This document shows, piece after piece, positions 51,204 to 63,448 of a DNA stretch of 64,000 nucleotides; the first letter of the stretch is position 1, and every line of letters begins with the position of its first letter. Origin of the DNA: an uncultured cyanobacterium (GTDB lineage: Bacteria > Cyanobacteriota > Cyanobacteriia > Cyanobacteriales > CAWUOF01); the NCBI GenBank assembly GCA_963744145.1, contig CAVUSO010000001.1, positions 5,248,001-5,312,000 on the forward strand, written 5' to 3'. The notes under the pieces were generated by a model. That model saw only the letters and a list, made by a program, of their open reading frames with translations, ran no database searches and was not told the origin of the DNA. Position numbers and translations under genes: made by a program.

Positions 51204-52136
51204 TTACGCTGATAATAAGCGATCGCGAAAATCTTCAATCATCAGCTTTAGTCCTTCTGGAAGGGAAATAGTTGGTTCCCAACCTAACCAAGTTTTAGCA
51301 CGAGTAATATCGGGTTGACGTTGACGAGGATCATCCTGGGGTAAAGGTTTATAGATAATCTCTGCGTTGGGATTGATCATGGCTTGGATTTGGTGTGCTA
51401 ACTCTAAAATTGTATATTCACCAGGGTTTCCCAAATTTACTGGTCCAATATGTTCCCCATCCATCAGACGTAATAATCCTTCTACCAGATCAGAAACATA
51501 ACAGAAACTGCGAGTTTGCGACCCATCTCCATATACAGTGAGAGGGATTCCTCGTAAAGCTTGAGCGACAAAATTACTAACTACTCGACCATCATTCTCC
51601 AACATTCGCGGTCCGTAGGTATTAAAAATCCGAGCCACCCGAATATCAACATGATTTTGACGATGATAATCGAAGGACAAAGTTTCTGCGACTCGCTTGC
51701 CTTCATCATAACAACTACGAAGTCCAATCATATTCACATTACCCCAATAATCTTCATTTTGGGGGTGAACATGGGGATCTCCATAAACTTCTGATGTAGA
51801 AGCAAGTAAAAAACGACCTTTGACTCGTTTGGCTAACCCTAACATATTCAAAGTTCCAATCACATTGGTTTTAATCGTTTTCACCGGATTAAATTGATAG
51901 TGGACTGGAGAAGCAGGACAAGCGAGATGAAAAATCCGATCTGCTTCTAATCGAATTGGTTCAGTCACATCATGTCGGATTAATTCAAAATCGGGATGAT
52001 CCAACCATTTCCTAATATTGCGCTTATTGCCCGTATAAAAATTATCCAAGCAAATCACTTCATGTCCAGCGGTCATTAGGCGATCGATCAGATGGGAGCC
52101 AATAAATCCAGCCCCACCAGTAACTAAAATTCTCAT
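51204..52136 (-). CDS. UDP-glucuronate decarboxylase (UDP-xylose synthase)
   Basis: [38 protein letters not shown]. Confidence 0.95.
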   Translation of the reverse strand: MRILVTGGAGFIGSHLIDRLMTAGHEVICLDNFYTGNKRNIRKWLDHPDFELIRHDVTEPIRLEADRIFHLACPASPVHYQFNPVKTIKTNVIGTLNMLGLAKRVKGRFLLASTSEVYGDPHVHPQNEDYWGNVNMIGLRSCYDEGKRVAETLSFDYHRQNHVDIRVARIFNTYGPRMLENDGRVVSNFVAQALRGIPLTVYGDGSQTRSFCYVSDLVEGLLRLMDGEHIGPVNLGNPGEYTILELAHQIQAMINPNAEIIYKPLPQDDPRQRQPDITRAKTWLGWEPTISLPEGLKLMIEDFRDRLLSA

Positions 52137-52401
52137 AGTTGTCAACTACCACCAGTGAATAGAACGACAAAATCATCTTACACAGGTTCTTAACCCAAAC
52201 CGGATCTTGTTAGTAAATTTGCGCTCAATCAGAGAAAAGATATTAAGAAAATCTAGTTTTTGTCGCATAGCGTATTTATTCTCACTCCAGCTTTACTCTA
52301 AATTAGCTTGCTGAATAACAAAAAAGCGTCTGAATAACTATTCAGAACGCATAATTTATGAAATCTTTAAACTTGCTGTCCCAAGCTTGGGCAAAAGGAG
52401 A

Positions 52402-54213
52402 TTAGGACTGATCTAACTTTAACACTGCCATAAAAGCTTCTTGAGGTACATCGACAGTGCCGATCGCTTTCATCCGTTTTTTACCTTTAGCTTGCTTTTG
52501 GAGTAACTTTTTCTTCCGACTAATATCACCACCATAGCATTTAGCCAGAACATCTTTCCGAATCGCGGGGATATGTTCACTCGCGATAATCCGACTACCG
52601 ATCGAAGCTTGAAGAGGTACTTTAAATTGGTGACGTGGAATTAGCTCTTTGAGTTTTTCTACCAATCCTTTACCAACTCCATAAGCTTTATCCCGATGGA
52701 CAATCATCGCGAGGGCATCAACTGGGTCATTGTTAATCAAAATATCTAACTTGACCAACGGGTTAGCACGATAACCAATCAGATGATACTCCATGCTGGC
52801 ATAACCCCGGGAACGAGACTTCATTTGATCAAAAAAGTCAGTCACTACTTCCGCTAGGGGTAACTCATAAATTAAAGTTGTGCGACCTTGGGTGAGATAT
52901 TTCATATCCTTAAACACACCCCGTCGATTTTGACTCAGTTCCATCAGAGCCCCGACATAAGTTTCCGGGGTAATCATTTCGACTTGAACATAAGGTTCTT
53001 CAATTTCTTCACGCACATGAGGGTCAGGTAAATGACTAGGGTTATCAATATCCATGACTTCCCCAGTGGTAGTAGTCACACGATAGACCACCGAAGGTGC
53101 AGTGACAATTAAATCGAGGTTATATTCACGTTCTAAACGTTCTTGGACAATTTCCATATGGAGCAAACCCAAGAAACCACATCGGAACCCAAATCCCATC
53201 GCGCTAGATGTTTCTGGTTCATAGTGTAAAGCAGCATCATTCAGCTTTAATTTTTCTAGAGCTTCCCGTAATTCGGCAAACTGGTCAGCATCAGTGGGAA
53301 ATAACCCACAGAACACCATTGGTTTAGCTTGAGTATAACCGGGTAAAGGTGCAGTCGCAGGTTTTTTAACTAGAGTAATGGTGTCACCTACCCGAGCATC
53401 TTCCACCGTTTTAATCGCAGCAGCAATATAACCTACTTCACCAGCATGGAGTTCATTTACTTGGACTTGAGTTGGGGAGAGTACACCAAGTTCATCAATT
53501 TCATATTCTTTACCACTTGCCATTAACAAGATGCGATCGCCTTTTTTAACCGTCCCATCCATGACTCGAAAATAGACAATCACACCCCGATAGATATCAT
53601 AATAACTATCAAAAATTAAAGCCCGTAATGGTTCACCTACCGTATCGCTGGGAGCAGGGACTAAATGCACAATTGATTCGAGGATTTCATCAATCCCGAT
53701 CCCTTCCTTCGCGGACGCTAGAATCGCCCCAGAACAGTCAAGACCAATAATCTCTTCAATTTCACCACGAACCCTTTCTGGTTCAGCTCCAGGTAAATCA
53801 ATCTTATTTAAAACCGGAATAATTTCCAGATTATTTTCTAGAGCGAGATAGACATTGGCCAAAGTTTGGGCTTCCACACCTTGGGAAGCATCGACCACTA
53901 ACAGAGCACCTTCACAAGCAGCCAGACTGCGAGATACTTCATAGGAAAAATCGACGTGACCAGGAGTATCGATCAAATTCAAGACATATTCCTGACCATC
54001 GCGAGCTTGATAATTCATTCTAGCTGCTTGTAGTTTAATCGTAATGCCGCGTTCCCGTTCTAGGTCCATATTGTCGAGGAACTGCTCCTTCATCTGTCTC
54101 GCTTCCACCGTACCTGTCGCTTGCAGCAGACGATCTGCCAGGGTCGATTTGCCGTGGTCGATGTGGGCAATAATAGAAAAATTACGAATCCGAGAAACGG
54201 GCGCGTCAGTCAT
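52402..54213 (-). CDS. lepA: Elongation factor 4
   Basis: [40 protein letters not shown]. Confidence 0.99.
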   Translation of the reverse strand: MTDAPVSRIRNFSIIAHIDHGKSTLADRLLQATGTVEARQMKEQFLDNMDLERERGITIKLQAARMNYQARDGQEYVLNLIDTPGHVDFSYEVSRSLAACEGALLVVDASQGVEAQTLANVYLALENNLEIIPVLNKIDLPGAEPERVRGEIEEIIGLDCSGAILASAKEGIGIDEILESIVHLVPAPSDTVGEPLRALIFDSYYDIYRGVIVYFRVMDGTVKKGDRILLMASGKEYEIDELGVLSPTQVQVNELHAGEVGYIAAAIKTVEDARVGDTITLVKKPATAPLPGYTQAKPMVFCGLFPTDADQFAELREALEKLKLNDAALHYEPETSSAMGFGFRCGFLGLLHMEIVQERLEREYNLDLIVTAPSVVYRVTTTTGEVMDIDNPSHLPDPHVREEIEEPYVQVEMITPETYVGALMELSQNRRGVFKDMKYLTQGRTTLIYELPLAEVVTDFFDQMKSRSRGYASMEYHLIGYRANPLVKLDILINNDPVDALAMIVHRDKAYGVGKGLVEKLKELIPRHQFKVPLQASIGSRIIASEHIPAIRKDVLAKCYGGDISRKKKLLQKQAKGKKRMKAIGTVDVPQEAFMAVLKLDQS

Positions 54214-54587
54214 AAAAAACACACAGTAAATAGGAAACTCAGTTCTTTAGAGCCAAGAGGTAAACGACCCGGGTGGTTTTAACCACCTACCCAGTATTTA
54301 CTACGAAACGGCGAATTTTCGCTTGCTTAATATATTTTAATCCTAAATGACCTGCTAAAACTGTTGTTGCCCTATATTTAGGAATAGTGGTTAATGTTTA
54401 TAGCAGCCATTAATCTAGTCTTGGGTGGGAGAGCATCGTACAATGGGAGTTGAGGAGATCAAGAATGGTGAAAACCCCTTAATCTGTAAGCTGGGAGTGA
54501 AAAACGATCAATCACAGCTAGTCCATCTCAACCCAAAATCTCAGTCCTTCTACTGTCGCGTGTAAGTCCACAGGATTTTTTTTGTTT

Positions 54588-54818
54588 ATGAATGATCAAA
54601 CTATTCCTTCCCATCATCCTTCAGAAAAGGTAGAACTCTCTATCCACCTTGATTCTGACTTATTAGACGAAATCAAGCACTTAACCAATAACCCCAGTAA
54701 AGTAATTGAAACAGCCCTGCGACAGTGGCTGAGAGGGGCTAATTATCGTGATGATGAACTGACTCGCAGTCTAACGCGCAATCCACCAGTACCTCCTTTA
54801 GGTGAATGGAATGATTAG
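54588..54818 (+). CDS. Small conserved protein (RHH/CcdA-like)
   Basis: KVELSIHLDSDLL..IKHLTN.PSKVIE.ALRQWL. Confidence 0.7.
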   Translation: MNDQTIPSHHPSEKVELSIHLDSDLLDEIKHLTNNPSKVIETALRQWLRGANYRDDELTRSLTRNPPVPPLGEWND

Positions 54819-54953
54819 GACTGGATCAATGAGTCAGCCATCAAGATTTGTTAACAAATAGCAGATGTGTGGGTCGTGGGTTGATTCAACAATTCATTTA
54901 GGGCTCGAACCATCTAGGTTTTATCTACTCTTGTTTCCACCCTCACAGTTTTC

Positions 54954-56810
54954 ATGGCTAGTCAGATGAGTTCTTGCAGCGATTTCCAATTTCCTGGTTC
55001 TAAGTCATCAGATTTAGAACCAGATTTAGATAAGAAAAATCCGGCTTTCTTATCAGAATTAGGAGCCCAGTTAGCTTTTATCCAAGACGCTACGGGCAAA
55101 TACTTGTCATTTTATTGGCAAGAAGCAGAACTATACAATATTTCATCCGTCCAAGTAGTCGATCGCTGGATGGGCGATATTTTTGGCCCTTCAGTGGTGG
55201 CTCCTTATTTAGAGCGGGTGCGACAAATTTTGGAAACCCTGATTCCAGAAAGGTTTAGTTATCTGTTTAAATCGACGGAACATTATTTTCTGTTTGATCT
55301 GATTATTAGTCCGATTCTGACTTTCGAGTCCAGACCCACTCAAGTGTTGGTAATGGGATGTCTCCTAGAACATAGCTCGCGGGAATTAGTCAATCCAGAA
55401 CATCAAGATTTTACAGAACACTTAAATATTCGCCAAAAACTGCTGTATAAAGTTATCTCAACAATCCGTAAAACTCTACCCCCTAGTTCGGAGCTTTACC
55501 AAAAACTGCAAAGCCAAATTGCCAGAAATATTCGTCGGACTCTAGATTTAGAAACGATTTGGCAGCAAACAGTTAATGGGTTAGGTCAAGCTCTCCGAGT
55601 CAGTCGTTGTTTGATTTGTCCTTATCAACCGGCTAAACTAGAAAGTTCATCAGCACCAGTATTAGAAATAGTAGCTGAATACCATGTTGCTGAGGTATCG
55701 ACTGTATTAGGACAAACGATTCGACTGACAGAAGAACCTTATTTAACTCAGGCACTAGAAACAACTGAACCGATCATAGTTGAGCAAATGCCAGTTAATC
55801 CCTGGAATTGTAATTCACTAATGGCGGTGATCACTTGCTATCAAGAAAAACCCAATGGGTTGATTATTTTACATCAGTGCAGCATCAGCGATCGCCCCTG
55901 GAGTCGAGTCGAGATTGAATTTGTGCGGGAAATTGCTGATCAAGTGGGAACGGCGATCGCTCATGCTACTCTCTATAAAGAATTAGAGGATGCTCGTCAA
56001 CAAGCGGAAGCAGCATCGCGTCTGAAAAGTGAATTTCTCGCGAATACTTCCCATGAGCTACGCACTCCTCTAAACGGAATGATTGGTTTTCTCAAATTAA
56101 TCATTGATGGAATGGCTGATGATCCTGATGAACAAAAAGAATTTATTGAGGAAGCATACCGTTCGGCTCTACATTTGTTGAACCTGATCAATGATGTCTT
56201 AGACATTGCCAAAATTGAAGCTGGCAAAATGCAGCTTGATTTGAGTCCGGTGAAACTCAATGAACTCCTAGTTGATGTGGAAGATTTGACCCGGGCTCAA
56301 GTTCATCAAAAACGCTTAAATTTTAAAGTTGTCAAACCTGCTACTTATGACGAAATTATCCTCTATGGTAACTACCAGCGTCTGCTTCAAGTGCTGTTAA
56401 ATCTAGTTGGTAATTCGATTAAGTTTACCCATGAAGGTGGAGTTACCATTAGTGCAGAGATCATGAAAAAGAAAGTAGTAGTTCACAATGAGGAACTTCC
56501 TGGGATGGTAAAAGTCCGAGTCGCTGATACAGGGATTGGGGTTTCTCTCGATAAACAAGATAAATTGTTTCAATCCTTTTCTCAAGTAGATGGTTCCCGC
56601 ACTCGTCAATATGGAGGGACTGGATTAGGATTAGCTATTTCCCAAAGATTGGTAGAAGCAATGGGTGGAATTGTCAACTTTTTTAGTATGGGAGAGGGAT
56701 TAGGATCAACTGTTACTTTTACGATCCCCTTGTATCAAAATCCAGTAATGATTTTATCTTCAGCTAATGGAGAAGCAAACAATAAAAGTGATTTAGATGA
56801 CGTGAATTAA
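54954..56810 (+). CDS. GAF sensor histidine kinase
   Basis: IRRTLDL GAF, FLANTSHELRTPL, NLVGNSIKFT, DTGIG, GGTGLGL. Confidence 0.95.
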   Translation: MASQMSSCSDFQFPGSKSSDLEPDLDKKNPAFLSELGAQLAFIQDATGKYLSFYWQEAELYNISSVQVVDRWMGDIFGPSVVAPYLERVRQILETLIPERFSYLFKSTEHYFLFDLIISPILTFESRPTQVLVMGCLLEHSSRELVNPEHQDFTEHLNIRQKLLYKVISTIRKTLPPSSELYQKLQSQIARNIRRTLDLETIWQQTVNGLGQALRVSRCLICPYQPAKLESSSAPVLEIVAEYHVAEVSTVLGQTIRLTEEPYLTQALETTEPIIVEQMPVNPWNCNSLMAVITCYQEKPNGLIILHQCSISDRPWSRVEIEFVREIADQVGTAIAHATLYKELEDARQQAEAASRLKSEFLANTSHELRTPLNGMIGFLKLIIDGMADDPDEQKEFIEEAYRSALHLLNLINDVLDIAKIEAGKMQLDLSPVKLNELLVDVEDLTRAQVHQKRLNFKVVKPATYDEIILYGNYQRLLQVLLNLVGNSIKFTHEGGVTISAEIMKKKVVVHNEELPGMVKVRVADTGIGVSLDKQDKLFQSFSQVDGSRTRQYGGTGLGLAISQRLVEAMGGIVNFFSMGEGLGSTVTFTIPLYQNPVMILSSANGEANNKSDLDDVN

Positions 56811-57262
56811 GACAATAGACGTTCTAAGTTGAGATAAAAGCCAGTTTTATCCTCAGCTAAATTAATGAGTTTTTCGATCGCGAGCGGTAATTCATTTCCT
56901 CGATATAATTGAGGGAGATCAATAAATTTGTCTGCTGGAACTTCAATAATTTTTGGCATTTCTACAATAGGAATACCAAGACGTTCACCATTTTTAAGCA
57001 GACTAACAATGAGATAATGATAATCATGAGATTCGGCACTATTTAAAAATATTGCTGATAAATCAATTAGAGTAATTGCACCCCGATTTTGGACTAAACT
57101 ATGACCATTTTTGAGAGTAGCATGGGGAGTAAATTCTTTCAAAATGTACTGAACTTGGGCAATGGCGATCGCATATTGTTCTCCACTAAGCTGGAAAAAA
57201 ATTAGTTTTCGCATCTGAGTTCGAGTATAATTTTGACGTTGATTATAAAAGCGACGATTCAT
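56807..57262 (-). CDS. CheW-like protein
   Basis: FFQLSGEQYAI, divergent CheW pattern, downstream of cheA. Confidence 0.75.
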   Translation of the reverse strand: MNRRFYNQRQNYTRTQMRKLIFFQLSGEQYAIAIAQVQYILKEFTPHATLKNGHSLVQNRGAITLIDLSAIFLNSAESHDYHYLIVSLLKNGERLGIPIVEMPKIIEVPADKFIDLPQLYRGNELPLAIEKLINLAEDKTGFYLNLERLLS

Positions 57263-57268
57263 AAATTT

Positions 57269-60107
57269 TTACTTATTCAAAATGCTAGCGATCGCTGCCA
57301 ATAATTGCTCTTCACTATAAGGTTTAGTAAAATAGTGAATTGCACCTAATTCTAGCGCCATTTGTCGATGTTTTAAACCGCTGCGGGAAGTTAAGATAGC
57401 GACCAAAATATGTGCAAATTGAGGGATAGATTTGAGTCGTCGTAAAAATTCAAAGCCATCCATCCGGGGCATTTCAATATCCACGATCGCCAAATTACAA
57501 TCTAACCCATTTTCTAATTTTTCGAGAGCATCTTGTCCATCTTTAGCTTGGACAACCCGGTAGTGAGCGCGAGTTAAAGTTAAAGATAATAACTGACGAA
57601 TAGTATAAGAATCATCGACAATTAAAATTTGCGGTTGGGTCGCAGAAGTATGCTCTAATTTTAAAGCACTTTTTTCCATTATTTGCGCGGCTGTGCTGTG
57701 GTGAGGTTGGAATTCTCCCACTAAATCATCAACATCGAGAATGGTCACGACTCGACCATTCCCTAAAATGGTGCAACCAACTACACCACGGGGTTTAGAT
57801 AAGGGAGGAGGTAAAGGTTTAATCACAATTTCTTGTTGACCAACTAGTCGTTCTACCGCAGTAGCTAAAATACCTTCTGTCGAAGCTAAAACCAATACTG
57901 GGATATAATCTTGAGTCAGGGGATCAGGGGATGGTCCGATCAGGATGGGGAATACTATAATGCAGTAAATTTTGCAAAGGTACTAAACGAATAAATTCAT
58001 CACGCCAACGTAACATAGGTTGATTACCAGCCATCTGGATTTGTTCTGCACGAAGATGTAAAATCTCCTCGACTGCATCTAAGGGAACGGCGATAATATT
58101 ACGATCTACCCTCACCATTAATGCCTCTGTAATTGATAGCATTAAAGGTAATTTGAGAATAAAACTGGTGCCTTTTCCCGGACGAGAATCAACTTTTACC
58201 TGTCCCCGAACTTGACGCAAATTATTCCGGACCACATCAAGACCGACACCACGTCCAGATAGGTCTGTGGTTTCCGTATTAGTGCTAAATCCTGACCAAA
58301 ATAGAAATTCATATAAGTCAGCGATCGCTAATTCTTTAGCTTGTTCAGTAGTTGCAAAACCTTTAGTTACGATCGCTGTCCGAATTGCTTCTGGATCAAT
58401 TCCTTTCCCATCATCACTCACCGTAATAATTGTTTGTCCACCTTGATGTCGAGCTTGAATTTCAATCGTACCAGTTGGTGATTTCCCGACAGCTTTTCGT
58501 ACTTCTGGAGGTTCAATTCCATGGTCAAAAGCATTACGAACTAAATGAACTAGAGGATCGCGCAGTGCATTAATTAGACTTTCATCAATTTTGGTATCTC
58601 GTCCTAGCAAAACTAGATTTACTTCTTTATTATAGGTAACACTTAATTGTCGTAAAGCACGAGGTAAGTGATCGACAGCACGACCAAAATTGACTACCCG
58701 TAATTGCATCACCCGCGATCGCAATTGTTCTGTAATCCGACGGAGTTGAATTGTCCCTACTTCAATTTGGAGCGCGACTTCATCAATCTTACCTGCGGAT
58801 TGAGCGATCGCATGAGAAAGCTCAATTACTTCTCCAGCACTAGCGTGAAATTCTGTATATTGATCCAATTCTAGCGGATCAAAATTAGGGAAAGATCGAG
58901 ATTTTTTTGGTTTAAATTCTCCTTCCCCATCCAGTTCTAAATTACCAATACTTAACCGATCATACTCATCCCGCAAAATACTATCAAATTGCTTTAATTC
59001 TCCCAGATGTCGTCGCATCCGTTTCACTTCAATCCGCAATTGGTTTTCTTGGAGTTCCAAATTTGTCCGATTAATCACTAATTCTCCTACTAAATTGATT
59101 AAATCCGTCAGACGCTCTAAATCTACTCGAATTGTCGGACGATAAGTTTGATTTGGAGTCGGAATCGAATCACTAGATGGAGAGATCATCTCAGTTGCAA
59201 TTGGGGAATCTGGTGCTAATGGATCAGAGACTGTACTAGTTAGCTCCAGTGGATTTATTTCTTCAGCAGAACTGTTCGTGATTGGTGGGACAGTAATTGA
59301 TAATCCAGCGATCACTTGAGTCCGAGCTATTTGTAAATTTTCAACTATCTGAGTTCCAGTTAATTGGAGTGTTTTCACATCTAGGTCAGGAGTATTAACT
59401 AATTCTTTTAAGCTGGTAGCGATTGTAGCTAATTCAGGTAAATGTAACATTCCAGCTACCCCGGAAAGCTGATAACAAATTTGATTTAATGTCGTAATAG
59501 TTTCAGCAAGTGTAGCTGAGGTTGCTTGGGCAAATGCTGTTTCTAACTGTTGGAAAACAGGTGGTAACTCTTGGTCAAATATTAACTTAATCAGATCGAG
59601 ATTAGGTGGGGAAGCTCCTGGTATAGTCGGTAATATTTCTGGGTTACCATACTGAATTTCTAGTTGCTTTTTAATTGCACAAACTCCATTTAAACAAGCA
59701 TGAGAAGTTAATTGTTGTGAGTTAGATAATCTGGTATATCCATCATGACTACCTCCTAATTCTTTATTTTTTACTTCTAGATCTACAACAGCTTTTAGTA
59801 GATTTAGCCCTTCCAGTAAAGCTGTAATTATCTCTGGCTTTAAATCAGAAAGATCCACCTGATCTCTTAAAATTGCAAAGCTATCTTCTAAACAATGAGC
59901 AACTTGAGACAGCTCATTCATTTCAAACATCAATGCTGATCCTTTAATTGAATGCGCTGCGCGGAACATTTCTTTGACTAATTGCAATCGAGATTGACTG
60001 GTAAGACTAGTTTCCATAGCCAAGAGATTCGTCTCTAAAACCTGAATAAAATCATGAGTTTCAGCCACAAAGACACCAATCAATTCATGTAAATCATCAG
60101 CATTCAT
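57269..60107 (-). pseudogene. cheA: Hybrid CheA (Hpt-kinase-CheW-receiver), +1 frameshift near 57938
   Basis: FRAAHSIKG, HLVRNAFDHGIE, SGRGVGLD; removing one base joins the ORFs via PDGPSPDPLTQDYIPVLV to the CheW/REC part; may be a sequencing error. Confidence 0.8.
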
Positions 60108-60135
60108 ATTCTTTATTTAGACAGAACTTATGTTT

Positions 60136-62667
60136 CTAACTACGAAAATTAGCGACCGAGCTTTGTAATTTATTCACCGCGACACTTAAACCATCTAAAG
60201 AAGTAGTTACTTCTTCAGCTTTTTGAGCTGTCGTAATCGAAATCGAGCTGACCTGCTGGACAGCTAGGGATATTTCATCAGCAGATACCGCTTGTTTTTC
60301 AGCAGTACGGGTAATATTTTGCACTAACCCATTAATCTCGCGACTAACTTCAATAATTGCAATCAGATGAGTTTTTGCTTCAGCAGATAGCTTAGTTCCT
60401 TTTACCACCTCCTGAGTACCATCTTCCATTGCTCGCATCACACGACTAATTTCCTCTTGAATTGTACTAACAATTTCCGAAATATCTTCTGTAGCTGCAG
60501 CACTACGTTCTGCTAATTTGCGGACTTCTTCTGCAACTACAGCAAACCCTAAACCCTGTTCCCCAGCTCGAGCTGCTTCAATAGTTGCATTGAGAGCTAG
60601 TAAATTAGTTTGAGAAGCAATTTGGGAAATAGAAGTGACAATTTTGCCAATTTGCTGGGAAGACTCACCCAGACGTTTCATCATTTTAGATGTATCAGCA
60701 ATTGTTTGTCGCAATTCAGCAATTCCTTCTACAGCCCGATCTACTGCTGCTCCACCAATTTCCGCAGTTTTTGCTTGAGTTTCTGCAACTTTTTCAGCTC
60801 GTTGAGCAACTTCAGAAACATCTTTAATCGAGTTAACTATGCGTTTAACTTGCAACATTGTCCGCTCAATTTGCTGCGCTTGTGAGCGAGCTTGGATCGT
60901 TAAATCATTGGTATTCGCGATCGATTCTCCGGTCGCATTAGTTACTTGGGTAGCTAAATCTTGAATTCCATTGACTACCTTGCGTAAAGAACCAATTAGA
61001 AAATTAAAAGAATCAGCTACAGCACCTAAACTATCTTTAGTTACATGAGCTTTAACGGTTAAGTCTCCTTTAGCAGCTCCTTTAATTTCTGCCAATAGTT
61101 TGGCTACTTGTTGGGTGAGAGCATCGGTTTCTTCCTGACGTTCTTTTGCTGTATTTGCTAATCTTTCTTCTACTTTTTTTCTTTCGGTAATATCAAACCG
61201 AATCGCAATATATTTGCTAACTTTTCCCGTGGGATCAAAAATTGGAGCGATGGTAGAATCTACCCAATAAAAACTACCATCTTTACGTCGGTTCTTTAGT
61301 TCTCCTTTCCAGACATTTCCGTGAGATATAGTTTTCCATAGCTTGACAAAAAAATCTTTAGGATGATATCCTGAATTCAGAACCCGGTGGTCTTGTCCAA
61401 TCAATTCTTCTGACCGATAACCGGATATTTCCAAGAGTTTGTCGTTGGCAAAAGTAATGATCCCACTCAGGTTAGATTCGCTGACGATCGCAGCTTCATC
61501 TAAAGCACTTTGGCGATTTTTTAGCTCTTGCAATAACTGGGATTGGCTATCTGCAAGTTGTTTTAATTGTTCGGCTGCTTTTTTTTGTTCAGTAATATCG
61601 TGAGCAACTGCATAAATTGATTTTTGTTCTAAATACGCAACAGCACTCCAGGAAAACCAACGTTCAGCACCGCTTTTGCTCAAATAGCGATTTTCAAAAG
61701 AAATTGTTATTCCCCCTTGACCCAGTTTATCAACTTCTTTGATGGTATTTTCTCGATCATCTGGGTGAATAAATTCTAGAAAAGGTTTAGCTAATAATTC
61801 TGCTTCTGAATAACCTAAAACTTGAGTCCAGGAGGGATTGAGTCGTTTTAAATATCCGTCAAAATCTGCTATACATAGTAAATCCAAGGAAAGAGTAAAA
61901 AAGCGATCGCGTTCCATTTCGGCTAATTTCCGAGCAGTAATATCTAATCCCATTTCTACCACTAACATTTCACCGTTCCGCTCATAAATGGGGTAGTTAT
62001 AGATATCATAGGTTCTACCAACATGATCAGACCATTCCCAATTTTGTGGTGTTTGGGTGGTAAATACTCGTCTAGTTGGACGATCTTTTTCTAGCTGATC
62101 AGATTTAGCGATCGCTATGGCGATCGTTGGATTTTCCGATTCTCCAAATTTATCTCGAAAGAGTTGATTAGTAAATTTCAGATCAGCGTCTTTTCCTTGG
62201 ACATATAAAAATGCCGGGATTCCTTCTAAAATAGCGATCAATCGTTGTCGTTCATGTGCTAGGGTTTCTAGTGCTAATTTAACCGTATCTAGCTCTTGGG
62301 TTAATTTGGCTGAATCCTCACTGAGTTTATTTGTTCTCATGGGAGAAATATAATTAGTTGCCCAGACCAGACAGCCAATAATTGGTAAAATGTTAAAGCT
62401 ATCGAAAAAGGAGCTGAACAGGATATCTCCGTGGAAAGCTAAAACCAAACGACTCAGAGCAGTCGAACCAAAAAAGGCAGTGATCAGCAAAGATGTAGTA
62501 AGATTGGTTTTATCTGGCCAATGCCTAAATTGTTTGAATAAGATCAGGATTGATAGGAGTAAACTTAACATCCCATTGATTAAATTTACTTGTGTATCGA
62601 ACCATTGCAACTGAATTTCGGTAAGTGTGAATGTATAAATTTCGGCTAACCAGTAACTTAATTCCAT
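60136..62667 (-). CDS. Methyl-accepting chemotaxis protein with N-terminal TMs, three PAS domains and HAMP
   Basis: [37 protein letters not shown] motifs IHPDD and KDGSFYWV. Confidence 0.95.
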   Translation of the reverse strand: MELSYWLAEIYTFTLTEIQLQWFDTQVNLINGMLSLLLSILILFKQFRHWPDKTNLTTSLLITAFFGSTALSRLVLAFHGDILFSSFFDSFNILPIIGCLVWATNYISPMRTNKLSEDSAKLTQELDTVKLALETLAHERQRLIAILEGIPAFLYVQGKDADLKFTNQLFRDKFGESENPTIAIAIAKSDQLEKDRPTRRVFTTQTPQNWEWSDHVGRTYDIYNYPIYERNGEMLVVEMGLDITARKLAEMERDRFFTLSLDLLCIADFDGYLKRLNPSWTQVLGYSEAELLAKPFLEFIHPDDRENTIKEVDKLGQGGITISFENRYLSKSGAERWFSWSAVAYLEQKSIYAVAHDITEQKKAAEQLKQLADSQSQLLQELKNRQSALDEAAIVSESNLSGIITFANDKLLEISGYRSEELIGQDHRVLNSGYHPKDFFVKLWKTISHGNVWKGELKNRRKDGSFYWVDSTIAPIFDPTGKVSKYIAIRFDITERKKVEERLANTAKERQEETDALTQQVAKLLAEIKGAAKGDLTVKAHVTKDSLGAVADSFNFLIGSLRKVVNGIQDLATQVTNATGESIANTNDLTIQARSQAQQIERTMLQVKRIVNSIKDVSEVAQRAEKVAETQAKTAEIGGAAVDRAVEGIAELRQTIADTSKMMKRLGESSQQIGKIVTSISQIASQTNLLALNATIEAARAGEQGLGFAVVAEEVRKLAERSAAATEDISEIVSTIQEEISRVMRAMEDGTQEVVKGTKLSAEAKTHLIAIIEVSREINGLVQNITRTAEKQAVSADEISLAVQQVSSISITTAQKAEEVTTSLDGLSVAVNKLQSSVANFRS

Positions 62668-62693
62668 ATTTCACCTAAGTCTAAAAATGTTTT

Positions 62694-63203
62694 TTACCAG
62701 CGTTCACGGATATGAGTAATCGCTTCTATATCGATAATCATTAATAATCTTTCCTGATCATGATAAAGACCTCGCAAAAAAGGGGCGATTTCCGCGCTGA
62801 CTTCTGCTGCTGAACCAATTTGATCGGGATTGAGAGACAAAACACCTTCTACAGATGAAACTGCTAACCCAAGACGGATCAGTGGTAAGGTAACATCTTG
62901 AGGGTGAAGAGCTTCTACCACCAAAATTCGACTTTTGGTAGCATTGCGATCCACGGGAATTCCCCCACTCAAGCGACCAAAATCAACGACAGCTAAAATT
63001 TCTCCCCGTAAGTTGCTTAATCCTAGCAAAAATGGCATGGTATTGGGAATGGGTGTAATTGGCTGTTGACTCAAAAAAAGAACTTCACAGACTGAAGTAA
63101 TTTCGACAGCAAACAAACTACGTTCTTGTCCAAACAGAACAAATTGACGATTTAGTCCTGGATTCGCTGCGGTAGAATTTGCAGAAGCTTTCATAAACAT
63201 CAT
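62694..63203 (-). CDS. cheW: CheW
   Basis: ITPIPN...LGLSNLRGEILAVVD. Confidence 0.9.
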   Translation of the reverse strand: MMFMKASANSTAANPGLNRQFVLFGQERSLFAVEITSVCEVLFLSQQPITPIPNTMPFLLGLSNLRGEILAVVDFGRLSGGIPVDRNATKSRILVVEALHPQDVTLPLIRLGLAVSSVEGVLSLNPDQIGSAAEVSAEIAPFLRGLYHDQERLLMIIDIEAITHIRERW

Positions 63204-63211
63204 AGCTATTG

Positions 63212-63357
63212 GTGACTGAGTGTAGTCGAAGTCATGGTGACTGAGCCTTGCCCTGAGCCTTGCCCTGAGCGTAGTCGAAGGGGTAGTCGAAGGGAGTCGA
63301 AGTATCTGTGACTTTGACGACCCTCAGTCACCGTTTAGTCTTAACTGAACCGAATTG
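63212..63357. repeat. Short dispersed repeats (CTGAGCGTAGTCGAAG family) plus a MITE end
   Basis: Repeated GTAGTCGAAG and CTGAGCCTTGCC units; TTAACTGAACCGAATTG at about 63341. Confidence 0.6.
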
Positions 63358-63448
63358 AGTCCTGCGCTACTTATTTTTTTTTGTAGCATGATATCACCAA
63401 AAATTGTATGATTGTCACTGAAACACTCGACTATTAACCAGGTAAAAA

